NCBI RefSeq assembly: GCF_044704955.1
Contig: NC_091984.1
Span: forward strand, 128,278,001 to 128,342,000
Length of the DNA stretch: 64,000 nt
Direction: 5' to 3'
Source: Pristiophorus japonicus
Taxonomy: Eukaryota
The translations under genes were made by a program, and so were the position numbers. Numbering within the stretch: position 1 is the first letter of the stretch; each line of letters begins with the position of its first letter. Below are positions 12,440 through 25,249 of this stretch, in pieces. A model generated the notes under the pieces. That model was given only the letters and a program-made list of their open reading frames with translations, searched no databases and was not told the origin of the DNA.

Positions 12440-13359
12440 TATAGGACAAATTCGGTCAAATATGTGGCTGGTAACAGCTACTTTTTGTTTGCCTACTTGC
12501 TGTGAAGCTCTAAAGTCTCCCTCCTTCCTCCCAAAGCAGTCACACCACACCCAGACACGCCTTCAGTTTCTCTGAGCTCCCTCTCTGTCTCCTCTTCTGC
12601 GCATATGATGCTGACCCTTGACCTCCAGAATTGCGGGAATCGAGCGTTGCCATGCCATTGCTAAGGACAGCCACACTTTACGGCAGAAGGTCAAAAACAT
12701 TTAATGCTACCACCCATTTGATATCGTTCGCGGTAAAGCCCATTTTCAAAAATGGAAACGAGGTGTTTTGAGAATGGGCGAGAAGCCGGATATCTGAAAA
12801 CCCTTTTTTATTGCCCATGCCGGAAATAACGCTCATTTTTGGGTGATAAGCTCAAAAGTGGAGGTTCTAGCCCCATATCCCTTGATTCCCATGGAAGACA
12901 TGGAAGAGAGATGTTGCTGAAGTGGCAAGGCTGCAAGAGATACCAGTGCGTACCGGCCCCTTGCTAAATTTGTTAAAATTGGGCAACAATCACAAGATGT
13001 ATACTATGGAAATTCCAAACTGCTCTTCCAAGCTTATTTTAGAATTATGGTTGTATACGAAGTGTATATTATACAGGCACCTATATATATTTTTCAGTCA
13101 GAACAAAAAACCTCTATAAATCTTAATATTTCATCGTGTAGCAGGTTCATCAGAATTTTCTTGATGTAAGCTGGATCTTGATGAAAAGATCAAAACATAA
13201 ATTAAGCAACAAAGAAAGAAAAGCCAACTCAATCTGGATCATATTAAAAAAAAATTTGCATAAACTGAAAGACAATTGAAGTCAGTTATTTGGTTGTAAC
13301 TTATTTAAAAGTAGCACGGTAAATGTGCATTGCACAAAATGTTTATAAGCTAGTTTATA

Positions 13360-13674
13360 GCTGACCGCCGCTTTCTCCCGGCATTACGCACTGTCAACGG
13401 CTGCATGCATGGACGTGCTTTGGAGAGAGCAGTAAGAGGAGCGGCGAGGTCCAATATCGCCGAGCATGCATCAATTCGATGTTGCACGCTGATTGTCATG
13501 TTCCTGGTAATGAAAATACGTGCGGCGAGTGCAGACAGCGGCAATGCTGCTAGACCTTCCCGATATGGCAGCCAGCGCATTCCGCGCCGGAAGTGGGCGG
13601 GAGAAAGGCGGCCGCCATTTTTATCTTCAAAACCGGCCTTAATGGCTGGCGCTAAAGGTTTAAGTTTCTACGCC
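13360..13674. mobile_element. Harbinger terminal fragment
   Basis: Homologous to the right end 22755-23022 (TCAATTCG.ATGTTGCACGC; GGCCTTAATGGCT.GCGCTA). Confidence 0.65.
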
Positions 13675-14371
13675 AAAAAGTTCTATGGAAGGGAGCCAAG
13701 AGACGTAATGGATGCCTGACACCAAGTTGAGTGCATGTGATGGTGGTTTTGCAACAGCTCATTTAATGTCTACCTTGAACGCAAAATAGTGGTTGTTGAT
13801 GGTTAGATTAAAATGTTTTGTTAGTCCTGTTTATGCTGTTATCTATAGCAGCTGTGTGTAGAAGAAATTATCCTATATTGTTGAAAGGATAACAACCCAT
13901 GATATCCAAGCTTCTCAACTGCTACCTCATACTGTTGTGTCAACTATTTTTCTATTAAAATTTCAAAGAAAAGTGAAAATGTGTGACTGACTGTACAGTG
14001 ATAGTTAACATAGTGGCCCAGATTTTGCTGGAGTGAAGCATCTTGCACCATGCCCCATTAGTTAGACTTTTCCCCTCACCCTTCAGCTCCAAAATATTGT
14101 GCCCTGTAAGTTGCTGGAAAAGCAAACTGATAACAGGGCTTCCTGGACCTTAGTGAGAGTTATGCTGTTCAGTAGCAGCCCTGACTCCCACAGCATGCTT
14201 AATTATCAATTAATGTGCCAATGCAGCAATTTCCTGAAATTCACCAGGAGGTTGAGGACAAGCTGTCATTTTCATGAGTCATCCAGCAATTTGTGGCGAT
14301 ATAAAATTTATGGGGTATCTCTTTCTCACCACAAACTGCTGGAAGACCGTATAAGTAGAAATTAGCGCAGG

Positions 14372-14662
14372 TGACCAAAAGCTTGATCAGAGAGGTAAAT
14401 TTTAAGAAGCGTCTTGAAGGAGGAATGAGAGGTAGAGGGGCGGAGAAGTTTAGGCAGGGAGTTCCAGAGCTTGGGGTCTAGACAACAGAAGGCATGGCCA
14501 CCAATGGTTGAGCGATTAAAATCAGGGATCTCAGGAGGGCAGAATTACAGGAGCGCAGACATCTCGAGGGGTTGTGGGGCTGGAGGAGATTACAGAGATA
14601 GGGAGGGGCGAGCCAATGGGGGAGTTGCAAATAAGGATGAGAATTTTGAAATCGAGGCATTG
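14372..14662 (-). mobile_element. L2 LINE 3' fragment
   Basis: Reverse complement matches L2 ends at 15390-15620 and 55940-56230 (LAPPYLCNLLQPHNP). Confidence 0.85.
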
Positions 14663-15029
14663 ACTAACCTTCCCCACTATGTATTACTCACTGTATAGTA
14701 TTACTTGTTTTAAAATTTGCTCTTGGCATGTAGGTGACACTGGCAATGTCACATTTATTGTCCATCCCACTAGATGCTCTGAGGAGGTGGTGGTGGGCTG
14801 TCTTCATGAATTGCTACATTCCTTGTGGTAATGGTGCTCCCATGATGATATTTGGTAGGAACTTCCAGGATTTTGATACAGTGATGTGGAAGGTATATAT
14901 CCAGGGCAAGTTGCAATGTGATTTATAGAACAATTTGGAGGTGTTGCAATTATATTGAAGTTCTTGTCCTTTTCAGTGATAGATGTGGTGGGCCTGGGGA
15001 TACCGTTGAACTAAGCTTCCTGAATTGAC

Positions 15030-15745
15030 TCCATCCCTCCCTGTCTGAGGCTGAACCAGGCTGTTCGCAACCTTGGTGTCATATTTGACCCAGTGATGAG
15101 ATTCCTACCACACATCCGCACCATCATTAACACCGCCTATTTCCACCTCTGTAACATCGCCCAACTCCGCCCCTGCCTCAGCTCATCTGCTGTTGAAACG
15201 CTCACTCAGGACTTTGGTACTGCTGGACTTGACTATTCCAACACACTCCTGACTGGCTTCCTACCTTCTATGCTCCATAAACTCGAGGTCATCCAAAACT
15301 CAGCTGCCGTGTCCTAACTAGCACCAAGTCCCGTTCACCCATCACCCAAGAGCTCGCTGACCGACATTGGCTCCCGGTTAAGCAACGCCTCAATTTTTTA
15401 AATTCTCCTCCTGGTTTTCAATTCCCTCTATGGCCTCACCCCTCCCTATCTCTGCATTTTTCTCCAGCCCTAAAACCCTCCGAGATATCTGCGCTCCTCC
15501 AATTTTGGCCTCTTGAGCATTCCCGATTGGAATCGCTCCACCATTGCCGGACATGCCTTCAGCTGCCAAGGCCCTAAGCTTTGAAATTCCCTTCCAAAAT
15601 CTCTCCGCCTCTCTACTTATCTGCCCTAATATCTCCTTATGTGGTTTGGTGTCAAATTTTGTTTGATAACGCACCTGTGAAGTGCCTTGAGACATTTTTA
15701 CTATGTTAAAGGCGCTGTATAAATACAAGTTGTTTTTGTTGTTGC
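15030..15745 (+). mobile_element. L2 LINE 3' fragment
   Basis: AYFHLCNIAQLRPCLS...LDYSNTLL..LEVIQNSAA motif; tail GGCGCTGTATAAATACAAGTTGTT. Confidence 0.9.
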
Positions 15746-16562
15746 TGCAGTATATTCTGTAGATGGTATATACTGCAGCCACAGTGCATCAGTGTTGGAG
15801 AGGATGGATATTGAGTCCAATGGTATGGACACCAATAAGGCAGATTGCTCTGTCCCAGATTTTGTTAAGCATTTTGAATGTTGTTGCAGCTGCAGCCATT
15901 CAGGCAACTGGTGAGTATTCTATCACACCTGTGCTTTGTAGATGATGGGAGGCTGTGAGAGGTTGGGACTTGAAACAATCGTTGTGGAGTATGCAGCCTG
16001 CAATCTGCACATTGCCATGTTACTGATAAAGTTAATCATGTTAATTATGAAATATGTCATTTTCATATTTTTTTTAAATGTTGTTTAAACCCTTACTTTA
16101 TATGTGAGGAATTTCAGATACTGAGAAAAAGTGGTGATTCAAAAACATTTCAGAAAGCAATTTGAATGATTTGTGGGAATCCAGTGGGATTGTGCAATCA
16201 CAGTGATGAGTTTACATAGCCAAAACCCAATTGAAATGTGGACATTGGAATTTATAAGGTTTCCACAAAAGTGAGAGAGAAACATAACAGGAAATCAGGT
16301 TGTGCTGACAGGCTGTATATACAGATACATGTACACAATTTGTAATGCAACACTTGGGTATTGAGCCTTTTACAAGGTAGCAATTTAAGGAGAGATTCAG
16401 ATGACTTCATACACTGAAGATTAAATGGCTATCAGCATCATTTCAGCTCTGAAACACACTGCTGCCTTGAAACCCATTCCATTCTGTAATATTCTACAGA
16501 TAAATATAGATCGAGGTAATGAGATGATGTGTTTATTCCATTTTTGGCAGCTTTTCTTTTTT

Positions 16563-17730
16563 TATTATTCATCCCTCGGATGTAGGCATCACTGGCAGGG
16601 CCAGCATTTATTGCCCATCCCTAACTGCCCTTGAGAAGGTGGTGGTGAGCCGTCTTATTGAACCGCTGCAGTCCGTGTAGCGAAAGTACTCCCACAGTGC
16701 TGTTGGGGAGGGAGTTCCAGGATTTTGACCCAGTGACGACGAAGGAATGGCAGTATACTTCCAAGTCAGAATGTTGTGTAACTTGCAGAGGATTTTGGAG
16801 TTGATGGTGTTCCCATGCGCCTGCTGCCCTTGTCCTTCAACGTGGTAGCTGTCACGGATTTGGGAGATGCTGTCGAAGCAGCCTTGGCAAGATGCTACAG
16901 TGCATCTTCTGGATGGTACACAATGTAGCCATGGTGCGCTAGTGGTGGAGGGAGTGAATGTTTCTGGTGGAGGATGGGGTGCCAATCAAGCAGACTGCTT
17001 TGTCCTGAATGGTGTAGAGCTTCTTGAGTGTTGTTGGAGCTACACTCATCCAGGCAAGTGGAGAGTATTCCATCACACTTCTGACTTGTGCCTTGTAGAT
17101 GGTGGAAAGGTTTGGCGAGTCAGGAGGTGTGACACTCGCTGCAGAATACTCAGCCTCCGATCTGCTCTTGTAGCCATGGTATTTATGTTTCTGGTCAGTG
17201 GTGACTCCCGGGATGTTGATGGTGGGGGATTCAGCAATGGTAATGCCGTTGAATGTCAAGGGGCAGTGGTTAGATTCGACCTTGTTGGAGATAGCCATAG
17301 CCTGGCACTTGTGTGGCGCGAATGTTACTTGCCACTTATCAGCTCAAGGCATGGACTGCTTCATTATCTGAGGAGTTGTGAATGGAACTGAACACTGTAT
17401 AATCAACAGCAAACATCCCAATTTGTGATCCTGTGATGGAGGGAATGTCATTGATGAATAGCTGAAGGTGGTTGGGTCTAGAACACTGCCCTGAGGAACT
17501 CCTGCAGTGATGACCTGGGGCTGAGATGATTGACCTCCAACACCACAACCATCTTCCTTTGTGCTATGTATGACTCCAGCCAGTGGAGAACTTTCCCCAT
17601 GATTCCCATTAACTTCAATTTTACTAGGGCTCCTTGATGTCACACTCGGTCAAATGTTGCCTTGATGGCAAAGCAGTCACTCTCAGCTCACCTCTGGAAT
17701 TCAGCTGTTTTGTCCATGTTTGAACCAAGG
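16563..17730 (-). mobile_element. CR1-group LINE (second family) 3' fragment
   Basis: AGVPQGSVL RT motif and YKAQVRSVMEYSPLAW; same family at 35535-36325 and 36713-36978. Confidence 0.85.
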
Positions 17731-17791
17731 CAACATAGCATGTGAAGAAAATGACTTGCACTATTGAGCCACATATTGGAACTGAAATACT

Positions 17792-18501
17792 GCCCCTGAA
17801 ATTCCTGTTGGAGGCTTCCCGAATTTACTTGGTAGTCTTGGAGGCGCCCCGAATTCCGTTGGGGAAGACTTCTCTTCCCGCGCTGCGAAACGCGCTCCCG
17901 TCCTCGAGGTTCCCACGCAGAAGATGCAATCACGTGTGACTGCTCAACCAATCAGGTACAGTATTTGCAATTAATAGAAAAACTCTGTATCTACGAGTTC
18001 TCATTGCTATTAATAGAGAAAAAAACAAACAATAACACCAATTAAAAAATAAAAAACACATCTCACATAATGAAAGTTAATTAAAATTAAAGTTAATAAA
18101 TATCTTAGAGAAAAAAAATTATGGGTTAAAATAAATTTAACTTAGTGGGCAGGGTATTTAAAAATAAAATGTGTATTTTTAATTAAGTTTTTTGTGTTAT
18201 GTGTGTTTTAAAACTCTTTAACACTTGTAAAAGTAGGCTATGTGCCTGCTTTTATCAGGCGCAAGATTTTTGAGGACATTAGCTGGGTAAGATATGGGTA
18301 AATACCACAATCTTGCCCTTGCAAATGTCCTCGCTCCCGAGATGCGGATGATCTGTCAAGCTGGAGCTTGAGGGATTGGATGGCATCGCAAAAGCCGGTT
18401 TTCAGCGCATGCGCATTGTGCGCTGAAAACCGGCTTTTGCGATGCCATCCCGGATCCGTACACACTCAGCACTGACCCAAGGAAGGCGGGATTTCTGGGC
18501 C
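17792..18501. mobile_element. Harbinger-type MITE
   Basis: TIR-like GCCCCTGAAATTCC / GGGATTTCTGGGCC; internal palindrome AAAAGCCGGTTTTCAGCGCA..TGCGCTGAAAACCGGCTTTT shared with 51115-51838. Confidence 0.8.
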
Positions 18502-18787
18502 ATTATGCTACGACATGATTCTGAAGCATGACAAACTTGTGTTTCAGATCTCAATGCAATCTAAACTTTTGATTATAACAGCATGAAATTAAATGCTCAG
18601 AATAGCATATTGATGTATCAGTTTAATTGTCATATCAAGGCAAGCAACTGCACGTATCTCCGTCAGAAATTCAAAACTGCTGCTTTGGGTCAGCTTCTCT
18701 GCAGGCTTCATTTTGTAAATGCCGAGAACATGAGAATACCAGATTGAGATGGATAAATGTGATTTGAATTGAATTCACTCACATAGC

Positions 18788-19425
18788 ACCAACAGTACTA
18801 GTTGGTACCAGAAAATTAATGATGGGCCATTGGTGGTGTTCTGGATCACTTGCAAAATCCATTTGAACAAATTGAGAATATCGGCAGTGTTGCCTTAAGT
18901 TGGTCAGATATTCCGAAGATATGGCTGACTAATTTTCCATGTGTTGTCTGATAACTAGAAAAGTGAATTAAATATGAACCAATAATTTATTTTCATTATT
19001 ACATCGCCGTCTTCTTGGCGATGCATGGTGGAAAACGCACTTCAGGAAATTTATTCCGTTCAGGTCTCATCTCTGAATTGTTTCTTTGATCCTTCCATAA
19101 TCATGTCATGTGCTGGTATTATAGTCTTTGGGAGGCTAAGCTGGCTAAATTAGTTTTGACACATTTATGCACTCGCTCAAATAGAGGTAGTTTAAGTGAA
19201 CTGCCAGTTGCCAGCAAGAAAGCTGTCAGCCCATGGAGGAAGTTACCTTTCTGCTCTGACACTCTACCTGCAATATAAATAAGATGTTGATTTCCTGGAA
19301 CAGCCATCAGTCTACTTTCAAATGGCTGTGATTTCCCCAGTGAAGTTCAAATGGATTTTGCAAGTGATCCAGAACACCACCAAAGGCCCATCATTAATTT
19401 TCTGGTACCAACTAGTACTGTTGGT
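18788..19425. repeat. 81-bp inverted repeat (arms 18788-18868 and 19345-19425)
   Basis: Arms are reverse complements with one mismatch; 476-bp unique spacer. Confidence 0.95.
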
Positions 19426-19579
19426 ACCAACTTGCACTTACTCAGAATTAAATGGTTTCCTTAATATTTTTATATATGTACAGTATTAAAGATCTTGTAA
19501 ATTGATATCTTTATTTTGTAATATCCATGCAAACAATTATCAAATAAGCAATTATTTATTGCCCATGAAACAGTTCCCA

Positions 19580-20317
19580 AGGGCTGGGTGGGGAGAAGTC
19601 AGCAGGCACGATCAGTGGCCGTTCGGAAGGGAAAGTGTTTTTATTCCCCAGCGGGTCTGGACCCCGTTGTGTACCTGCCGCCTTTACCGAATATCGGGTC
19701 TTTCGACACACAGCGGCGGGGGAGGCAATTAAAATCATTAGTGACTTGTTACTGCCACTTAGTAATGATTTTTTCCCCCAGATTTTTGGATTTGACAGGT
19801 CGCCACTGATTTCCCACTGTGCCTGGACCTTGACGGTGAAGCTGAGATGGGAGGTCACTAACCATTGAATTAGCTGATGAGTTGACAGCTTCAAAGTCAA
19901 GTCAAGACTCCCAGCTGATTGAGAAATGTTGCTTTAACCACTAGCTTCTCTAAACTGCAGATTCAGGATGTTGTAAATCTTTACACAAGTCTTCATCCAG
20001 TCTGACCTCATTATCAATCCCACTATTGACAGATCTATTCTGTCATTTCTACTTCACCTGTGATCTATTGCATCTGCATGGGTGCCGTTGAAACTCTCTC
20101 ACCTTGGTCCACACAATCCCAACACGAACAGCCTGAACACCTGCATCACCAGGCACACTGGCAGCATCAACAACAACACCAACATTCTCCACAATCACCT
20201 GATGCTGCACAGGAAACAGGGCATCAGCACCCGACCACATTGCAGCCTGGGAGGCCAGGCATGGCCACACTATGGCCAGATTTACTTCACTTGATGCTGT
20301 ACACCCTGACTGCCACA
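19580..20317 (+). mobile_element. Harbinger derivative fragment with transposase N-terminal remnant (ATG 20078)
   Basis: MGAV..QHQQQHQ leader; homologous to 46750-47025 including the same junction CCAGATT.ACTTCACTTGATGCTGTACACCCTG. Confidence 0.6.
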
Positions 20318-20798
20318 TAAATAAAAGGATGAGGATTATTTGATTCAAAAATAATGGCCTAGAAATTCGATATGGCCCGAGAAAAGGTGGTGGCACAGTG
20401 GGGTGAGATTTGCTCGCGCCAGTTTAGAAAGCGCATGCAGCACGTTAATATGGTGGTACCTGCTGATTTAATTGATTTTAGTGCACAGCCCAGCGACGAA
20501 TGTGCAGCTTCAGGCTGTGCGCTCAACAGAAGGCCCAATGTCATATCGCTGTAGCGTTGCTGGAGCGAGGCTTCATTCTCTTAAAGCAAGGCTGTCATTT
20601 TTGAAAGCGGTCTCAAGCCCTTAAAGGTGAAAGAAAATTAAAAATCATTCCAAAATAGGTAGTCTCTAGCTCTTAAAGCTCAACTGCATTCTGAAAAAAA
20701 GATTAAAAGTCATTCAAAACGAGGCAGTCTTCAGCTCATAAAGCTGAGCAGCCTTCTACATGTAAAAAAATGGTAACATTGTTTCAGCACCAACACAA

Positions 20799-21675
20799 AT
20801 GGCTCAACGGACCAGGGTTAGGGCACCCAGGTTCTCGCATGCAGCATTCTAGTTTTGTGCAGGGCGTCAACACTGGAAGAGAGGTCCTCAACCCACAGGG
20901 GGCAGGAGACCTTCCAGAAAGAATGATGTGGGACCAGATTGCCAAAGCGGTCACTGGCAACAGTGTCATCCCCATGACTTGGCTCCAATGCTCTAAGAAG
21001 CTTCATGACCTCAGACCAGTGGTCAAGGTCAGGGACTGCATCTTCAAAAGCCATCTCTTAGCCATCTCCTACCAACTGCACCACTGGCCTCACACACTGC
21101 TCAATGTACAGCCACCCCACCGTTCCCCATCACTCAACTACCATCAATCTATACCATCCCTAGCTTCACCTCACCCCCTTGGAGGAGACAGTGCTGGCCA
21201 TTCTTGGCAGGGGCATGGCTGAGCCCTTGGTCAGTGGTGGGGTTGAAAGAATACAAGATGCTGACCTCATTTGTTACCCATCCCACTTCCCCCTCATCCT
21301 ACAATCTTTTTTGATTTACGAGGTGTACAGCATGCTGCTCTTGCTTTCCGGCCCTCCTCTCACCACAACTCCACCCTTGTGCCTTCCTCATTTCACACAC
21401 ACAAGAAATTCAGCCTGCCCAGCCAGTGGGTGACCAAGAAGAGGGAGAAGAGAGTGAAGAAGAAGATGAAGAATAAACATTGTGACTTCATTCGACAGTC
21501 CCAGCCACCAGCTCCTCGAGGTCATGCTGCAAGACCACCTGCAGTGTCCCCCACTGAAAGTCAGCAGCCTTCCACCAACCATGCTGCAGCCACTGGGATA
21601 GCACTGCGTGACATCAGTAGGATAGGCAAAGGCACACACAAGACAGTCGACAAGGGAACGCACAAGGATGATTAG
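20799..21675 (+). pseudogene. Harbinger Myb/SANT-like gene remnant
   Basis: MAQRTRVRAPRFS..., WDQIAKAV...TWLQCSKKLHDL..VVK then GT donor at 21028; PLEETVLAILG exon-2 remnant. Confidence 0.8.
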
Positions 21676-21843
21676 TTGAGTTTTTGATGTCGTATTGGAT
21701 GCATATATGGATAAAGCTGGGTTGGAATGTTTGCTTTGTGGGGCTTTTATTTCAGTATCATGGCCAAGAGGACACTATGATGGTCAGTAACAGAAGGAAG
21801 GTAAGGTGTGGGACTAATGTTTAATGGGGAGTTCGGGTTGTGG

Positions 21844-21965
21844 TCACTGGTACCGCATGCGGATGATTCGATTCCAGATATCCCGGCCAGAATGGTCTGT
21901 CTGCGTTGCCTCCTTCCTTCCACTTCCTCTTCCTCTTCTGCTTCCTCCTCTTCCCTCTGCAAACA
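21844..21965 (-). pseudogene. Harbinger (HARBI1-like) transposase extreme C-terminus
   Basis: Acidic E-run followed by GRDIWNRIIRMRYQ*, convergent with the Myb gene. Confidence 0.55.
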
Positions 21966-21967
21966 GC

Positions 21968-22557
21968 TTAGAAACATATAAACATAGAAAATAGATGCAG
22001 GAGGAGGCCATTCGGTCCTTCGAGCCTGCACTACCATTCAATATGATCATGGCTGATCATGCAACTTCAGTACCCCATTCCTGCTTTCTCTCCATACCCC
22101 TTGATCCCTTTAGCCGTAAGGGCCACATCTAACTCCCTTTTGAATATATCTAACGAACTGGCCTCTACAACTTTCTGTGGTAGAGAATTCCACAGGTTCA
22201 CAATTCTCTGAGTGAAGAAGTTTCTCTTCCTCTCGGTCCTAAATGGCTTACCCCTTATCCTTAGACTGTGACCCCTGGTTCTGGACTTCCCCAACATCAG
22301 GAACATTCTTCCTGCATCTAACCTGTCGAATTCTGTCCCCTTGGCTGTCTCTGCTTCATCTCCATGTGATGTTACAGCCCAAGGAGGACTGCAACTAGAG
22401 CCCTCAGGACAGCGAGCAAGTGGTCATAAGAACATAAGAAATAGGAGCAGGAGTAGGCCATACGGCCCATCGAGCCTGCTCCGCCATTTAATACGATCTT
22501 GGCTGATCTGATCATGGACTCACTTTCCTGCCCACTCCCATAACCCCTTATTCCCTT
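21968..22557 (-). mobile_element. Two CR1 3' fragments (21968-22335; 22426-22557)
   Basis: SRTRGHSLRIRGKPFRTE..NFFTQRIVNLWNSLP and two CR1 tails. Confidence 0.9.
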
Positions 22558-23526
22558 CTTCTTCTCAGAGCCCTTTAACATCCAAAGCTTTGCAAGCGTC
22601 CAGCAGCACTCGCTACACACTTCAACAACTTTTTACATTTATTGCACCAAGGCATTATTCCAATGAAATATAAAAATGCACTCCAAAAGCTGATATTGAA
22701 ATTTATCTAAGTGTGTGTGTGCCTTTAAGGAGTGCTAACAGCTTCTCTATACAACTGCTGCATGCACGTTTTTCCGTGCGTGGTTAGGAGAGGCTGGTAT
22801 GGACTGCGACGACGACCAAAAGTGCAGTCATGCGTCAATTCGGATGTTGCACGCCGATTGATGTCACGATCTGCACATTGGAGATGAGTGCAGGCAACGG
22901 CAGCGCTGCCGACCTCTACAAAATGGTGGCTGCCGTGGTCCATACCAAAAGCGAGGTGGCTGCCATTTTATTCAAGACAACTGGCCTTAATGGCTTGCGC
23001 TATTGCATTGAATTTTGCAGCCAATGAGTTCTTCAACAGATCAATGAACCTCTATAGATTATTGTACTACTCATTACATATTTTCCAACAATTTGCCCAT
23101 TTGGTAGTGTTATAATTACATTCAATATATCTAAGGTGCAACATAGTTGATATGTACTGACTACAATAAATATGATTAGATTTTACTACTGTTATGAATA
23201 GGGGTATTGTACTCATTCCAAATTGAACTTTTAGGTCATGGTGTTACTGATAAATCTTAGTCATTACACTGAATACTAAGCATGGTTCTTACAATAGAAA
23301 TGTGTTCACTGGTACTATTTTAGTACATGTTAATGTGTTTGTATGACAAGTTAATATACTTGAACAAATATATTTTTAGATTGTCTCAAACCTACTAATA
23401 AGATACCCTATTAATGAGATATTTTCACATTCAACTCAAGTGTAAAGTATTCCACTTCAAATTATGACAACCAGCTCATTTTGTGTATTTGCAGGAAAGA
23501 AGATGCTTCTGGTAAACTGACGCAAA

Positions 23527-23762
23527 CAGATACACATCCACACACCAACCCACATTGCGCACCCCACACGCGGACTCCACATGCGGACCCCACATTCGCA
23601 TCCCACACACGGACTCCATGTGCATCCCACACGCAGACCCCACACGCGCACCCACACGCTGACTCCACGTGCACCTCACGCGTGCACACCCCCCACACGC
23701 GCACCCCACACACGGATTCCGCGCGCACCCCACGCGCGCACGCCACACATGCACAAACGTAC
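23527..23762. repeat. Degenerate CA/CG-rich simple repeat
   Basis: Repeated CCCACACGC(G)GAC-like units. Confidence 0.85.
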
Positions 23763-23767
23763 ACCAA

Positions 23768-24946
23768 TTGCTTCCACTCCTGAAGTGAGTTCTTTGGTGG
23801 CTGAACAGTCCAATACGAGAGCCACAGGCTCTGTCACAGGTGGGACAGATAGTCGTTGAGTGAAGGGGTGGGTGGGACTGGTTTGCCGCATGCTCTTTCC
23901 GCTGCCTGCATTTGATTTCCGCATGCTCGGCATTGAGACTCGAGGTGCTCAGCGTCCTCTCGGATGCACTTCCTCCACTTTGGGCAGTCTTGAGCCATGG
24001 ACTCTCAGGTGTCAGTGGGGTTGTCACACTTTATCAGGGAGGCTTTGAGGGTGTCCTTGTAGTGATTCCGCTGCCCACCTTTGGCTCATTTGCCGTGAAG
24101 GAGCTCCGAGTAGAGCACTTGCTTTAGGAGTTTCATGTCTGGCATGCGAACTATGTGGCCTGCCCAGTGGAGCTGATCGAGTGTGGTCCGTGCTTCAATG
24201 CCGGGGATGTTAGCCTGAATGAGGGCGCTGATGTTGGTGCGCCTGTCCTCCCAGGGGATTTGTAGGATCTTGCGGAGACATCGTTGATGATATTTCTCCA
24301 GCAACTTGAGTTGTCTACTGTACATGGTCCATGTCTCTGAGCCATACAGGAAGGCAGGTATTACTACAGCCCTGTAGACCATGAGCTTGGTGGCAGTTTT
24401 GAGGGCCTGGTCTTCAAACACTCTTTTCCTCAGGCAGCCGAAAGCTGCAATGGTGCACTGGAGGCGGTGTTGGATCTCGTCGTCGATGCCTGCTCTTGTT
24501 GATAGGAGGCTCCCGAAATATGGGAAGTGGTCCATGGTGTCCAGGGCCACGCCATGGATCTTGATGACTGGGGGGCAGTGCTGTGCGGTGAGGACAGGCT
24601 GGTGGAGGACCATTGTCTTACGGATGTTTAGCGGAAGGCCCATGCTTTCGTACACCTCAATAAATAGGTCGACTAAGTCCTGGAGTTCAGCCTCTGTATG
24701 TGCGCAGACACAGGTGTCATCTGCGTACTGTAGCTCAACAAGAGGTTGGGGTAGTCTTGGATCTGGCCTGGAGACGGCACAGGTTGTACAGGTTCCCACT
24801 GCTTTTGTAGTTTAGTTCCACTCCAGTGGGGAGCTTGTTGACTGTGAGGTGGAGCATGGCGGCGAGAAAGATTGAAAAGACGGTTGGGGCGATGACACAG
24901 CCCTGTTTGACCCCGGTCCCGACTGGATTGAGTCTGTGATGGATCT
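23768..24946 (-). mobile_element. RTE LINE 3' fragment
   Basis: TGVKQGCVIAP, LQYADD, YGSETWT..EKYHQRCLRKILQI, C-terminal CPTCDRAC..RIGLFSHQRTH zinc finger. Confidence 0.95.
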
Positions 24947-24973
24947 GTTGGAAAAGATCGGTCTGTGTGTATA

Positions 24974-25249
24974 TGTATTGTATGTATTCACCTGTGAGTA
25001 TACTCACAGTTTTATAGAGCTGTTGCATTGTGAGTGGCTTTGCCAGTGACGTGATGTTAAAAAATCAATAAAACCCCAGCCAGTTGGGTCTAGGTCATCC
25101 ACGATGAGGTATGCAGTTGTGAGCCTAGTGGATGAACTGGTAATGTGCAGTGTGATTGTTAAACCTTGGTTAATAAACCAACTAGTTCTTAATAGCAATG
25201 TGTTGCTATGAATTCTTAAGCAAAGATCCCATGAAACAAAGACATTACA
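24974..25249 (+). mobile_element. Probable solo LTR
   Basis: TGTATTG...CATTACA ends, two AATAAA; no TSD seen. Confidence 0.55.

Larger units (their letters stand above)
9409..12873. mobile_element. Harbinger/PIF transposon derivative carrying only the Myb/SANT gene
   Basis: 20-bp TIRs GGGCTAGAGCCTCCAATTTT / AAAAGTGGAGGTTCTAGCCC, perfect 3-bp TSD CAT (9406-9408, 12874-12876), many subterminal CGCCC motifs. Confidence 0.92.
20356..23022. mobile_element. Internally deleted Harbinger element
   Basis: Ends GGCCTAGAAATTC / GAATTTTGCAGCC, TSD AAT/AAT; Myb gene on + and transposase C-terminal remnant on -. Confidence 0.75.

Noticed and set aside
23457-24027. Cys-rich ORFs resembling metallothionein or zinc-finger proteins
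   Set aside because: The RTE C-terminal zinc finger reads into a CA/GT simple repeat.
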